From assembly GCA_000146045.2 (NCBI GenBank), contig BK006949.2, positions 768,001-832,000 on the forward strand: DNA of 64,000 nt, written 5' to 3'. The DNA comes from TPA_inf: Saccharomyces. Lineage: Eukaryota. Numbering within the stretch: the stretch's first letter is position 1; every line of letters starts with the position of its first letter. The notes below the pieces were generated by a model that did no database searches, was not told the origin of the DNA, and saw nothing but the letters and a program-made list of their open reading frames with translations. Shown in pieces: positions 31,234-42,983 of the stretch. Position numbers and translations under genes: made by a program.

Positions 31234-34017
31234 ATGGTTTCAGTTATAGACAAGCTTGTTTTTGACTTTGGTGGGAAAACTCTGGTCTCTCTCGCACCAG
31301 ATAATAATACTTTGTGTGTAGCCAATAAAAATGGCTTAACCAAGATTCTGAAGACAAATAACCCAGAAGAAGAGCCAGAGACTTTAGATTCTTCCAAATT
31401 GGTCTCGTCTATAAAATGCTATTCAAACTCGCACTTTCTGATGACTACAATGCAAGGTGATGCTCTTAGGTATAACATCGATTCTAGTCAAGAAGAATTA
31501 TTGGCTAGATTTGCTTTACCCCTACGTGACTGCTGTGTTATTCATTCAGGTAAAATGGCCGTATTTGGAGGAGACGACTTAGAACTAATCCTTTTGGAAT
31601 TGGACGATGAAACACACAAAAAACATGCCATTAAAATCGATGAACAAGTTTCTCAAATTTCTTACAATTCACAGATGAATATTTTAGCAGTTTCAATGAT
31701 AAATGGTAAGGTACAAATTTTTTCTCTGACATCTACTATTCCAAACAAAGTTCATGAGTTAAATGATTACATAGTGGCCAATTCATATGATGATACACAC
31801 AGAGATAAGATACTCTCGAATATGATGGATGATATAGATAAAGACAATGATAATGACCTGAGTGAAACGGCTGATCCAGATGAGAACAATGTAGCTGATC
31901 CAGAATTCTGTGCTGCTAATAGAATTTGCACGAGAGTGGCTTGGCATCCGAAGGGTCTGCATTTTGCGCTACCATGTGCAGATGATACAGTAAAAATATT
32001 CTCTATAAAGGGATATTCCCTACAAAAGACGTTGTCCACAAATCTCTCATCAACAAAGGCTCATTTCATTGATTTGCAATTTGACCCGTTACGTGGAACT
32101 TACATTGCGGCAGTAGATTTAAATAATAAGTTAACGGTATGGAATTGGGAAACTTCCGAGATCCACTACACCAGGGAATTCAAAAGAAAAATTACTAATA
32201 TTGCCTGGAAAATCCAAGCGGACTCAAAAACTCTAGACCTTGTTTTAGGTACCTGGTCCGGTAGTATAGCCATTGTCCAAAATTTGGCAGAGTCCGTAGT
32301 ATCTAATATACCTGACCAATCTGTTGCTGAATCTTCAACTAAACATGGGCTTTTTGTAGACTCCGAATCTGACTTGGAAAACTTAGAGGGAAATGATGAT
32401 ATAAACAAAAGCGATAAGCTATTTTCAGATATTACTCAAGAAGCGAATGCGGAAGATGTGTTCACTCAAACACACGACGGCCCCAGTGGATTAAGTGAAA
32501 AGAGAAAATACAACTTCGAAGATGAAGAAGACTTTATTGATGATGACGATGGTGCTGGTTATATTAGTGGCAAAAAACCACATAATGAACATTCTTATTC
32601 GAGAGTACACAAGACTCATTCGTTTCCAATCAGTTTGGCAAACACAGGAAAATTTCGTTATATGCCTTTTTCTCCAGCGGGAACACCTTTTGGCTTTACT
32701 GACAGGCGTTATTTGACAATGAATGAAGTGGGCTACGTATCTACTGTCAAGAATAGTGAGCAATACAGCATAACTGTCTCTTTTTTTGATGTTGGACGTT
32801 TTAGAGAATACCATTTCGAGGACTTATTTGGCTACGATTTATGCTTCCTAAATGAAAAAGGCACTTTATTTGGCCAATCCAAAACTGGGCAGATACAATA
32901 TAGGCCACACGATAGCATACATTCAAACTGGACCAAGATTATTCCTTTGCAAGCTGGTGAGAGAATAACAAGTGTGGCAGCCACCCCGGTTCGCGTTATT
33001 GTTGGTACATCATTAGGCTATTTCAGAAGTTTCAATCAATTCGGGGTTCCATTTGCTGTTGAAAAGACATCCCCAATTGTAGCGCTTACTGCTCAGAATT
33101 ATAGGGTTTTTTCAGTACATTATTCGCAGTTTCATGGCCTTTCATACTCTTTATCTGAATTGGGTACTTCTAGTAAAAGGTACTATAAAAGAGAGTGTCC
33201 ACTTCCAATGAGTTTACCAAACATTAATTCTGATATGAAAAAAGACGCAAATCTTGACTACTACAATTTTAATCCGATGGGCATCAAAAGTTTGTTCTTT
33301 TCAAGCTACGGAGATCCATGCATTTTTGGGTCCGACAACACGCTTCTATTGTTATCAAAGTGGAGATCACCAGAAGAAAGTAAATGGCTCCCTATTCTAG
33401 ATAGCAACATGGAAATATGGAAGATGTCAGGAGGGAAGGAAACGACAGATATACATGTCTGGCCCTTGGCTTTGGCGTATGACACATTGAATTGTATCTT
33501 AGTTAAGGGCAAGCATATATGGCCCGAGTTTCCCCTTCCGTTGCCATCCGAAATGGAGATTAGAATGCCAGTATTTGTTAAGAGTAAATTACTAGAGGAA
33601 AACAAAGCTATATTAAATAAAAAGAACGAAATTGGAGCTGACACCGAAGCGGAAGAAGGGGAAGAAGACAAAGAAATACAGATTCCTGTTTCTATGGCGG
33701 CGGAAGAAGAGTATCTGCGCAGCAAGGTTTTGTCAGAGCTGTTGACAGATACACTCGAAAATGACGGTGAAATGTACGGCAACGAAAATGAGGTATTGGC
33801 AGCATTGAACGGTGCATATGATAAGGCTTTGTTACGTTTATTTGCGTCTGCATGCTCAGACCAAAATGTTGAAAAGGCTCTTTCGCTTGCTCATGAATTA
33901 AAACAAGATAGAGCACTTACTGCAGCCGTTAAGATATCAGAAAGAGCTGAGCTGCCCTCTCTCGTTAAAAAAATTAATAATATAAGGGAAGCTAGATATG
34001 AACAGCAATTGAAATAA
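31234..34017 (+). CDS. CTF4: Replisome coupling factor, WD40 N-terminus with SepB C-terminal domain (927 aa)
   Basis: 927 aa; N-terminal WD40 repeats, C-terminal helical trimerisation domain; synteny. Confidence 0.9.
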   Translation: MVSVIDKLVFDFGGKTLVSLAPDNNTLCVANKNGLTKILKTNNPEEEPETLDSSKLVSSIKCYSNSHFLMTTMQGDALRYNIDSSQEELLARFALPLRDCCVIHSGKMAVFGGDDLELILLELDDETHKKHAIKIDEQVSQISYNSQMNILAVSMINGKVQIFSLTSTIPNKVHELNDYIVANSYDDTHRDKILSNMMDDIDKDNDNDLSETADPDENNVADPEFCAANRICTRVAWHPKGLHFALPCADDTVKIFSIKGYSLQKTLSTNLSSTKAHFIDLQFDPLRGTYIAAVDLNNKLTVWNWETSEIHYTREFKRKITNIAWKIQADSKTLDLVLGTWSGSIAIVQNLAESVVSNIPDQSVAESSTKHGLFVDSESDLENLEGNDDINKSDKLFSDITQEANAEDVFTQTHDGPSGLSEKRKYNFEDEEDFIDDDDGAGYISGKKPHNEHSYSRVHKTHSFPISLANTGKFRYMPFSPAGTPFGFTDRRYLTMNEVGYVSTVKNSEQYSITVSFFDVGRFREYHFEDLFGYDLCFLNEKGTLFGQSKTGQIQYRPHDSIHSNWTKIIPLQAGERITSVAATPVRVIVGTSLGYFRSFNQFGVPFAVEKTSPIVALTAQNYRVFSVHYSQFHGLSYSLSELGTSSKRYYKRECPLPMSLPNINSDMKKDANLDYYNFNPMGIKSLFFSSYGDPCIFGSDNTLLLLSKWRSPEESKWLPILDSNMEIWKMSGGKETTDIHVWPLALAYDTLNCILVKGKHIWPEFPLPLPSEMEIRMPVFVKSKLLEENKAILNKKNEIGADTEAEEGEEDKEIQIPVSMAAEEEYLRSKVLSELLTDTLENDGEMYGNENEVLAALNGAYDKALLRLFASACSDQNVEKALSLAHELKQDRALTAAVKISERAELPSLVKKINNIREARYEQQLK

Positions 34018-34358
34018 AAAAATGTAAAATATATATACGCAAGAGACAATTATTTGATACCTGTTCATTTGTTCAAATCATCGTTCAAAATGCTCCCACA
34101 TTAACATATATTTCTTTGAATGCGACGATAATAAAGAGTTACGTTGAACATGATCTGAGCTGGAAGCGTCCTTGCGAATTTTCGCGAAAGGAAAAAGTGA
34201 AAAAATATGAAAAAAAAAAAAAGAGATGACATTTTATAGATGAGCTTTGATTAAACAGTGTAACACCTGGTCCTGTACCGTAAATATTCAAATAAGCATC
34301 AATTCAAAGTTCTTTATTTCTTCTTTAGCATTTCAAAATTATAGAAAATCTAGAAAAG

Positions 34359-36080
34359 ATGTCAGATGTTACCCAACAGAAAAAGAGGAAAAGATCCAAA
34401 GGAGAAGTTAATCCATCAAAACCCACAGTAGACGAAGAAATCACAGATCCATCCTCAAACGAAGATGAACAACTAGAAGTTTCGGATGAAGAAGACGCAT
34501 TGGAATCTGAAGAAGAATTCGAGGGTGAAAATCCAGCCGATAAAAGAAGGAGGCTTGCAAAGCAATATCTGGAGAATCTGAAAAGCGAAGCTAATGACAT
34601 TTTAACTGATAATAGGAACGCTGAAGAAAAAGATTTAAACAATCTCAAGGAAAGAACAATCGACGAGTACAACAATTTTGATGCTGGAGATTTGGATAAG
34701 GATATCATTGCGTCCAGGTTAAAAGAAGACGTTGCTGAACAGCAAGGCCGAGTCTTCAGATATTTTGGCGATAAACTTCTAATATCTGAAGCAAAACAGA
34801 GCTTTACCAGGGTAGGGGAAAATAACCTTACTTGCATTAGTTGTTTCCAACCCGTTTTAAACAAATACACCTTCGAGGAATCATCTAATGGCGATAAGAA
34901 CAAAGGTAGGTTATTTGCCTATACAGTTAGCAAAGACTTACAACTCACCAAATATGACATTACTGACTTTAGCAAAAGACCAAAGAAGCTAAAATACGCT
35001 AAAGGAGGAGCAAAATATATACCTACGAGCAAGCACGAATATGAGAATACCACAGAAGGCCATTATGACGAAATCTTAACTGTAGCAGCCTCACCAGATG
35101 GTAAATATGTTGTCACAGGTGGAAGAGATAGGAAGTTAATTGTATGGAGCACAGAATCTCTATCACCCGTTAAAGTTATTCCAACAAAGGATCGCCGAGG
35201 GGAAGTTTTATCGTTGGCTTTTAGAAAAAATTCTGATCAGTTATATGCATCCTGCGCAGATTTTAAGATAAGAACATATTCAATAAATCAATTTTCCCAG
35301 TTGGAGATTCTTTATGGGCATCATGATATAGTGGAAGATATATCTGCGTTGGCGATGGAAAGGTGTGTTACCGTTGGTGCCCGTGATAGAACAGCTATGC
35401 TTTGGAAGATTCCTGACGAGACCAGACTAACATTTAGAGGTGGCGATGAACCTCAAAAGCTACTAAGGAGATGGATGAAAGAAAACGCTAAGGAGGGAGA
35501 AGATGGAGAAGTCAAATATCCTGATGAATCAGAGGCACCTTTATTTTTCTGCGAGGGTAGTATTGACGTTGTGAGTATGGTGGATGATTTTCACTTTATA
35601 ACAGGCTCCGATAATGGTAATATATGTCTATGGTCTCTGGCGAAGAAGAAACCTATCTTCACGGAAAGAATTGCCCATGGTATTTTACCTGAGCCCTCTT
35701 TCAATGACATTTCGGGGGAAACCGATGAAGAATTAAGAAAAAGACAGTTGCAAGGCAAGAAATTGCTACAACCATTTTGGATCACATCTCTTTACGCTAT
35801 TCCATATTCGAATGTATTCATATCTGGATCATGGAGTGGATCGCTAAAAGTTTGGAAAATTAGTGATAATCTCAGATCATTTGAGTTGCTAGGTGAATTA
35901 TCTGGCGCTAAAGGTGTAGTTACCAAGATTCAGGTTGTAGAAAGTGGTAAACATGGGAAGGAGAAGTTCCGTATTTTGGCTAGTATTGCCAAAGAACACA
36001 GACTCGGTAGATGGATTGCAAATGTTTCAGGTGCCAGAAATGGTATATATTCAGCTGTCATTGACCAAACAGGCTTTTAG
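34359..36080 (+). CDS. RRP9: U3 snoRNP WD40 protein (U3-55K homolog, 573 aa)
   Basis: 573 aa; acidic K/E N-terminal then WD40 repeats (GHHDIVEDISALAMERCVTVGARDRTAMLWKI). Confidence 0.88.
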   Translation: MSDVTQQKKRKRSKGEVNPSKPTVDEEITDPSSNEDEQLEVSDEEDALESEEEFEGENPADKRRRLAKQYLENLKSEANDILTDNRNAEEKDLNNLKERTIDEYNNFDAGDLDKDIIASRLKEDVAEQQGRVFRYFGDKLLISEAKQSFTRVGENNLTCISCFQPVLNKYTFEESSNGDKNKGRLFAYTVSKDLQLTKYDITDFSKRPKKLKYAKGGAKYIPTSKHEYENTTEGHYDEILTVAASPDGKYVVTGGRDRKLIVWSTESLSPVKVIPTKDRRGEVLSLAFRKNSDQLYASCADFKIRTYSINQFSQLEILYGHHDIVEDISALAMERCVTVGARDRTAMLWKIPDETRLTFRGGDEPQKLLRRWMKENAKEGEDGEVKYPDESEAPLFFCEGSIDVVSMVDDFHFITGSDNGNICLWSLAKKKPIFTERIAHGILPEPSFNDISGETDEELRKRQLQGKKLLQPFWITSLYAIPYSNVFISGSWSGSLKVWKISDNLRSFELLGELSGAKGVVTKIQVVESGKHGKEKFRILASIAKEHRLGRWIANVSGARNGIYSAVIDQTGF

Positions 36081-36455
36081 ATTGCTGATATTGCCGTAAT
36101 TTTCCATGCCCTTTTCACTCTCTCAGAACGCAAAGCGGCTCCGGCTCCCAAGTATATAGAAATAAGCATATAGAATGAAATGTATCTTTTGTAAAATATC
36201 TAAAAAAAAAATAGTACATGTATTTTAGTCTTTTTGGTACATTAAAAAAGTTTTCATTGTCACGTATCTGCAATGGCATTCTTCACAAAGCATGTTAGAT
36301 GCGGGGGGAGGGGAATGATTATGGACAAGAAGACCAATATTATTATTTATTCTTCAATGGAATCGGAAATAGAATGAAGAATTATGACTCCCTGATATGC
36401 GAATAGTTTGAACCTAAAACGCGCCAGGACTGTTTAAAAATAACAAAATCGAACA

Positions 36456-36644
36456 TTGTTAGAATGAAACTCTAACATGTTATCTATTTAGTAGTATGAA
36501 CGGAAGGATAAATAATCGAAATATTATTATGTAGAAATACCGATTCCATTTTGATTCTTATATTCTCGAGAGAACTTCTAGTATATCTGTATACATAATA
36601 TGATAGCCTTTACCAACAATGGAATCCCAACAATTATCGAATTA
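36456..36644 (+). mobile_element. Older, internally deleted solo delta interrupted by the Ty1 insertion; its last ~30 bp resume after 42567
   Basis: Starts TGTTAGAATGAAACTCTAACATGTTATCTATTTAG (same subfamily start as the 8093 element) and runs through GTAGAAATACCGATTCCATTTTGATTC...CAACAATGGAATCCCAACAATTATC; sequence after the Ty1 (TTCATCAAATACATCTC) resembles the delta tail. Confidence 0.6.
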
Positions 36645-37000
36645 TGAGAAATGGGTGAATGTTGAGATAATTGTTGGGATTCCATTGTTGATAAAGGCTA
36701 TAATATTAGGTATACAGAATATACTAGAAGTTCTCCTCAAGGATTTAGGAATCCATAAAAGGGAATCTGCAATTCTACACAATTCTATAAATATTATTAT
36801 CATCATTTTATATGTTTATATTCATTGATCCTATTACATTATCAATCCTTGCGTTTCAGCTTCCACTAATTTAGATGACTATTTCTCATCATTTGCGTCA
36901 TCTTCTAACACCGTATATGATAATATACTAGTAATGTAAATACTAGTTAGTAGATGATAGTTGATTTCTATTCCAACATACCACCCATAATGTAATAGAT

Positions 37001-40000
37001 CTAATGAATCCATTTGTTAGTTAATAGTTTAAATGTTTTTATCGGAAGAGGTTTTGTCATCACATCAGCAATGTTCTTCTTGGTCTCGATGTAGTATACG
37101 TATAGATTATTACCTGATACTTCATCTCTAAGTCTCATTGCCTTTGTGCCAAAAAATCTGTTTCTAAATTTCTCTTCATTTGTAGACTTAATTATACTGA
37201 TCGTTGATCTACTATCAGTAAGTAAGCCTTTAATAATTGGTTTCTTGTTAAGTTCTTGCACAAGGTGACTGAGGTTATTCAATAGCGGAATAGCTTCACT
37301 GACTGCGTGTATTTCTGCTTCTGTAGTTGAAGTGCATGTTAACGAAGCCTTTGTCGACTTTCCTCCAATCACTTTTCCGTTGAGTAGGAAAATGTTACCA
37401 ATTTGTGACTTGTAATATGGTTGGTTACCATATGAAGCATCGCTTATTGCGACTAGTTTATTATCTGGCTCGGTAGGTTTGTTTTTGTGCCATATCAGTT
37501 GTTTATCTCTAGTGTCCCACATGAATTGTATTAACTCATATGTCATGTCTAAAACTTGCCTAGAGGGGAATAGTATATGTTGAGCAAGTGTGTTGATGTA
37601 GTATAGTAAGTCAAATCTAAATTTATATCCAACATATGAAGCTAGACCAATCAACTTTTGCATTTCATGTACCTTCTCTTTGTATTCATCTTCATCTATT
37701 TCTAGTTCATCCTGGTCTATATAAAGACCTGGTTGACCTGGAGCGCTAAGTTTTCTTCCTTTTGGATTCAAAGGTACGTTTAATTTGGGTATTTTCTCAG
37801 TTAATGAGTTTTCCATACCTAATTTCATGTATTTACCTCTTTGATATTTGATTTCTAAGCCAAGTATGTCGTACTGAATTTCGTTATCACTTTCACCCAG
37901 ATTTATTATCTTTGTATCGTATTGTTTCTTGAGTGTTGTTATGATTTTCTTATTTGCATTTAAGTCTTTGCTGAACAATATCATATCATCAACGAATAAG
38001 CAAATTGTTACTTGACTATTCTTAAATACGCATGACCATCCACGAACTTCTTCCATACCACACTGTTTTATCAGGTATGATTTGATAGTTTCGTACCAGT
38101 TCGCTCCACTTTGTTTCAATCCATAATGTGATTTCTTCAAACGTATCAACTTATCATTCATTCCTAAATGTGGTGGAGGTCTTATGTATAATTCTTCTTT
38201 GATGTCTGCATACAAATATGCCGAAGATATGTCTAATTGTGTAATATAGTAGTTATTGTCTAATGCAAGTGACAGGGATGTCATCAACGCATAATGATGT
38301 ACAGTGTTGGATTGCATACCTGTATCGTACGTATCAGGATGCTGAATGTCACCTCTTGCAACAAATCTAGCTTTATGAGTTCCGTCACGTTTCTTGTTGA
38401 AGATAAACATTGAGTTTATTACTCTTTTAGGGTCTATTTCTTTTCTGTCATAATATTTGTCAGTGTCCCAAGTATTCATTTTCAATAGTTGGTTGACTTC
38501 TTTGTGGTATGCCTCGATATATTTTTCTTTTTCTTTAATATCTTTATTATAGGTGATTGCCTCATCGTATCGTAAGGTTGTCCGTATTGGTTTGATTGAT
38601 TTTACTGCTTTTACAGCTGCAATCAGGTGAATTCGTTTCTTCGATCTCGGAGGTTCTAAACTACGCATATTCTTAGTATTCCATGTGTCTCGTGATACCT
38701 TAATTTCAGTTTCATTATCTTCTAATGATCTTTTCTTACTGTTGATAGTAGTATAGGCATTAGAGTCACCAATACCACCCAAACTGGAATTAGTTTGATG
38801 AGAATTTATCGGTGGGAGTTCTTTAAATGGGTCAGGGAATTCGGTAGGAGATTCTGGAGGTAGATCAGGGAGTGGGAGATCAGCGATGATAGATTCCTCG
38901 GTATTCTGTTCAGAAACAGTAGTTGGCGTTTTGATAGGAACAATATTGTGCGATGAATTATTTTCCGGTGGAGAAGCATCGATTGAAGGTGAACGGTGTA
39001 TAATCCTTTTCTCAGTCTCTTGGTCACTTATCTGCGGAACAGTTTTGTTGTTGGTACCACCCGTACTGGATATTGGTACGTTTGTATGATTAGTCTCATT
39101 TTCACTGTACGAGTCTGAGTGTCTGAAATCTTTAGATTTACTGGCGTGCGACGACTCATGTGTGTTAGATTGGGACATGGGAGCAAGTAAAGGAACATTT
39201 AATTTATGCATACCACCCGAACCGGTACTCTCGATATTGGAAATTTGGGGGGTGCTAGATCTCTTCTTTGATGGAAGAATATTAGATTCAGATATGTTGG
39301 GGTCAACTTCTCTGGGTGCGCGAATATTGGTTTTAGAAACACGTTTCGAATCTTCAGTATGAGTTGACGGAGGTGTGGAATCGGTTGGACTCACAGCTTT
39401 TGAAAGGACATTTCTCGGTTGCTCAGGATGTAGTTCAATGTCGGATTGGAAGTCATGGTCAGATTCTATGTTAAGATCATTGGATTCTTGGATCTCATTT
39501 GACGCAATGAACGAATGATATGAAGCAGTTAAACGGTTTAAGTCTTCATCGAAAGTGAGTGCGTCGTAATTGAATTGATCTAATCTGGATTCCTTGCCCT
39601 GAAGAATAACATAGTTAGTTGTATCTACTGTCTTCTTTAAGGATGGAAGATAGATGATATATCCATAAGAGTTTCGAGACGGATGTAGAGCGTAGCCTGG
39701 GATGCCACGAGGATGTATTTTGGAGTTAGGGTTGTGATCATTGACGATAACAGGTTGACCGAAAGGTAACAAAGTACTGATATCAAGTCCTGCCAAGCCA
39801 GCATGTTGTCTTGCAGATTTTTTGCTTTTAGGTGAAGCTAGTGAATTTCTCACAATAGTAGAAAATTCGATTGCAGAGAACCATAAATGGTTCGGTAAAC
39901 CACTACATTGCAGTTGAGTACGGCAGTCATCTAATAAGGTACGGTTTAGCCGTTCAGCGACTCCATGTGCTCGGGAATCCGCTGTGGTTGTATAGCATGG

Positions 40001-42269
40001 AGTTATACCATTTTTTTCAAGGAATTTATGGAGAGTTCTGTTAGTATACTCAGAACCACGGTCCATTTGTATAACCAAGACACTGGCCTGAAACTGGTTT
40101 TTAATAAAAGCTAGTATCGTAGTAAAAACATCGAGGATAGAGTCCTCGCGACGGTCGTGTAATGGATAAACCCAACGGAATTTTGTTGTCTCATCAGTAA
40201 ATGAGATGAAATAGGATGGTGCACTTTTTGGTAGGTTGTGAACTGGACCAAATATGTCAGTATGTAGGTATTGAAAGGGTTCGTATGAATTTTGGTATTT
40301 TAGTCGTGAACCTTTGATATGTCTGTGTTTGGTGCTTTTGCCGATTAAACAATCAGGACATTGATAGTCAATAGCACTAGACCAGTCGACATCTGATTCG
40401 TTAAAATACGTGATGGTGTTATTTTTAAGTGAGTATCGAATTGTCTGTGCATTGGCATGCGCAAGCATTCGATGAATGAAAGGATAAGGATATTTGCGTG
40501 TACTTTCACTTGTATGGACATTATTGATGGTGGGTACGGAGATATTTGATGGAAGCAAGTACTTTTTAGATACCCAGTAAAAGTCTCCATATTTTACGAT
40601 AGGTGCAAGTACAGTGCCGTCAGACCGTTCTAAGACGTTTTTGGTAAAGCATGCTGTGATATCTACTGCAGCCAATTCATTCAAACTGAGTAAGTCATAG
40701 GCTATGTTAGGAGTGTGCAATACCTTTATTGATGTTTTGGTGTTGTCCTGGAAGTGAAATTGTAGGTCACCAATAGCGTTAATTGGTATATTTCTTTTTT
40801 GAGCATCAACTACGTTTATGTCAGGATTAGATGATGCTGAGTGTATGTGATGAGCAGATCTTATAAGGGTTCGTGATGCTCCTGAATCGAGAAGGAGGTG
40901 TCCAGGGAGTTCATCATCAGAATGATTAGTATGATTTACTGTAGATTCAGTAAGTTTCTGGCCTAAGATGAAGGTCGTGCTTATTGTTCAATTGAATCGG
41001 TTCAGTAGTTGATTTACTGATGGAATCGTTGTCCGTGCTGGGAGAGTTATTAGATGTGGATACATTGTGAGCCCTGGCTGTTTTCGATTTCGAATTATTT
41101 GTTTTTTGAGGATTCCGAGCTATAACTTTGGGTTTGGTTGTATTCGTATAGCTGCGAGAATCATTCTTCTCATCACTCGGATTTCTCCTGTAATTAGGTT
41201 TACTGTTTCTCGATCCCTGTTGTTCTTCATAAATAGCATGGATATCTAAGAACAGTTCAGCGACTGTCATATTTAGATGTCGATGACGTGTGTAGCGTAA
41301 AAATTTATATTCGCCAGATAGACCTCTCATAATTAATTGGCATGCGACCTTGTTATTGATATGAATGCCATTATTGTTCAGTCTGTCGATAATGTTTGTG
41401 ACTTTTGTTTCAAATGCATCTGCAGGTGTACTGCCATTATATTGCAAATTTGCCAGGGTCACAATGTCGTTTGCCTCTTGGGTATCAGATTGCATTTTTT
41501 CAATACTTTTGGAAAGAATTTTCATGATATCCGTATAATCAACGGATAGGATGTCTTTGACCCAGGTAGGTAGGAATTGAGAGGGAGCAAATATTTGAAA
41601 AGTGTTATACAAGAAGGTGAGTTCATCATCAGTGATCTGACGTACGGGTTTTCCGTTTACTGTCGGAATAATACCACCGAGATTCGAGTTTTGTAAAAAT
41701 TTGATGTATGTTTTAACCCAATTTGGAAAGTCATTAGGTGAGGTTAACATTGGTGGTGGTCTGACATATTTTTTAGTGGATGTCATATCAGAGTCCGCTG
41801 AGGATGAATCAGTAAATGTATTACCTGACTCAGGTGATGGAGTGCTCAGAGGCGTTCCAACTGATGATGGATACTGCGGAAACTGTGATTGTGGCCCAGG
41901 TGGAAAGTACATAGGCGACATTTGATAAGGTGTATACGGAATCATAGATGGGTGTCCGTAAAATGACCAACCAGATGGATTGGCTTGGTTTTGGGTCATC
42001 ATGCACTGCTGTGGGTACGGCCCATTCTGTGGTGAATGTGACTGAGCAGTTTGAGGAGAGGCATGATGGGGGTTCTCTGGAACAGCTGATGAAGCAGGTG
42101 TTGTTGTCTGTTGAGAGTTAGCCTTAGTGGAAGCCTTCTCACATTCTTCTGTTTTGGAAGCTGAAACGTCTAACGGATCTTGATTTGTGTGGACTTCCTT
42201 AGAAGTAACCGAAGCACAGGCGCTACCATGAGAAATGGGTGAATGTTGAGATAATTGTTGGGATTCCAT
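37001..42269 (-). CDS. TYB: Ty1 Gag-Pol (TYA-TYB) by +1 ribosomal frameshift at CTTAGGC (protease, integrase, RT-RNase H)
   Basis: Frameshift heptamer CTT-AGG-C on the minus strand at 40961-40967, just before the TYA stop; TYB frame open from there to 37001 with PR (DSGAS), IN (HHCC, DDE) and RT (YVDDM-like) motifs. Confidence 0.88.
40947..42269 (-). CDS. TYA: Ty1 Gag (TYA, 440 aa)
   Basis: [42 protein letters not shown]..., ATG inside the 5' LTR. Confidence 0.92.
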   Translation of the reverse strand: MESQQLSQHSPISHGSACASVTSKEVHTNQDPLDVSASKTEECEKASTKANSQQTTTPASSAVPENPHHASPQTAQSHSPQNGPYPQQCMMTQNQANPSGWSFYGHPSMIPYTPYQMSPMYFPPGPQSQFPQYPSSVGTPLSTPSPESGNTFTDSSSADSDMTSTKKYVRPPPMLTSPNDFPNWVKTYIKFLQNSNLGGIIPTVNGKPVRQITDDELTFLYNTFQIFAPSQFLPTWVKDILSVDYTDIMKILSKSIEKMQSDTQEANDIVTLANLQYNGSTPADAFETKVTNIIDRLNNNGIHINNKVACQLIMRGLSGEYKFLRYTRHRHLNMTVAELFLDIHAIYEEQQGSRNSKPNYRRNPSDEKNDSRSYTNTTKPKVIARNPQKTNNSKSKTARAHNVSTSNNSPSTDNDSISKSTTEPIQLNNKHDLHLRPETY

Positions 42270-42675
42270 TGTTGATAAAGGCTATAATATTAGGTATACA
42301 GAATATACTAGAAGTTCTCCTCAAGGATTTAGGAATCCATAAAAGGGAATCTGCAATTCTACACAATTCTATAAATATTATTATCATCATTTTATATGTT
42401 TATATTCATTGATCCTATTACATTATCAATCCTTGCGTTTCAGCTTCCACTAATTTAGATGACTATTTCTCATCATTTGCGTCATCTTCTAACACCGTAT
42501 ATGATAATATACTAGTAATGTAAATACTAGTTAGTAGATGATAGTTGATTTCTATTCCAACAAATTATTCATCAAATACATCTCGATATCCATATTTTGG
42601 TTGCAAAGAAATAAATACCGGAGATATGATTCAGATGTGGAAGCGGTTTTAAAGTCCCAATTCATCATTATTTGC

Positions 42676-42749
42676 GACTCCATGGCCAAGTTGGTTAAGG
42701 CGTGCGACTGTTAATCGCAAGATCGTGAGTTCAACCCTCACTGGGGTCG
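42676..42749 (+). tRNA. tN(GUU): tRNA-Asn (GUU)
   Basis: GACTCCATGGCCAAGTTGGTTAAGGCGTGCGACTGTTAATCGCAAGATCGTGAGTTCAACCCTCACTGGGGTCG; 74 nt; Ty1 5' end lies 113 bp upstream. Confidence 0.9.
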
Positions 42750-42983
42750 TATTTTTTACTAAATTAGTTTTTTTTTAGGGAACAGACGTTAAGTTTTTTA
42801 ATATTATTATGGCATATAGAATGGTGAGTAAAAATACCAAATGATGAAATGAATTTGTTTTGTGAGTCTATGATAAAATGCAGAATATAAAATTAAAAAG
42901 TTCAGAAATAAATAAATAAAAAAAAATCTAGTATCGCGGCACTTCCGTTCAATGTGCCGACGAGCAGTTACTGGGGAGTTGAT

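Larger units (their letters stand above)
36645..42562 (-). mobile_element. Full-length Ty1 retrotransposon (5918 bp) with 334-bp LTRs (36645-36978 and 42229-42562)
   Basis: Termini TGTTGG...TCTCA on the minus strand; 5-bp target-site duplication AATTA (36640-36644 and 42563-42567); PPT complement TACCACCC adjacent to the 3' LTR; intact TYA and TYB. Confidence 0.93.

Noticed and set aside
34325-34903. 192-aa minus-strand ORF overlapping the RRP9 5' end (YPR136C-like)
   Set aside because: It is antisense to the acidic N-terminus of RRP9 and is S/F-rich low complexity.
36619-36828. 69-aa ORF starting MESQQLS
   Set aside because: This is the TYA start codon inside the older delta fragment, read through into the reversed Ty1 LTR. 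It is a retroelement remnant and not a gene.
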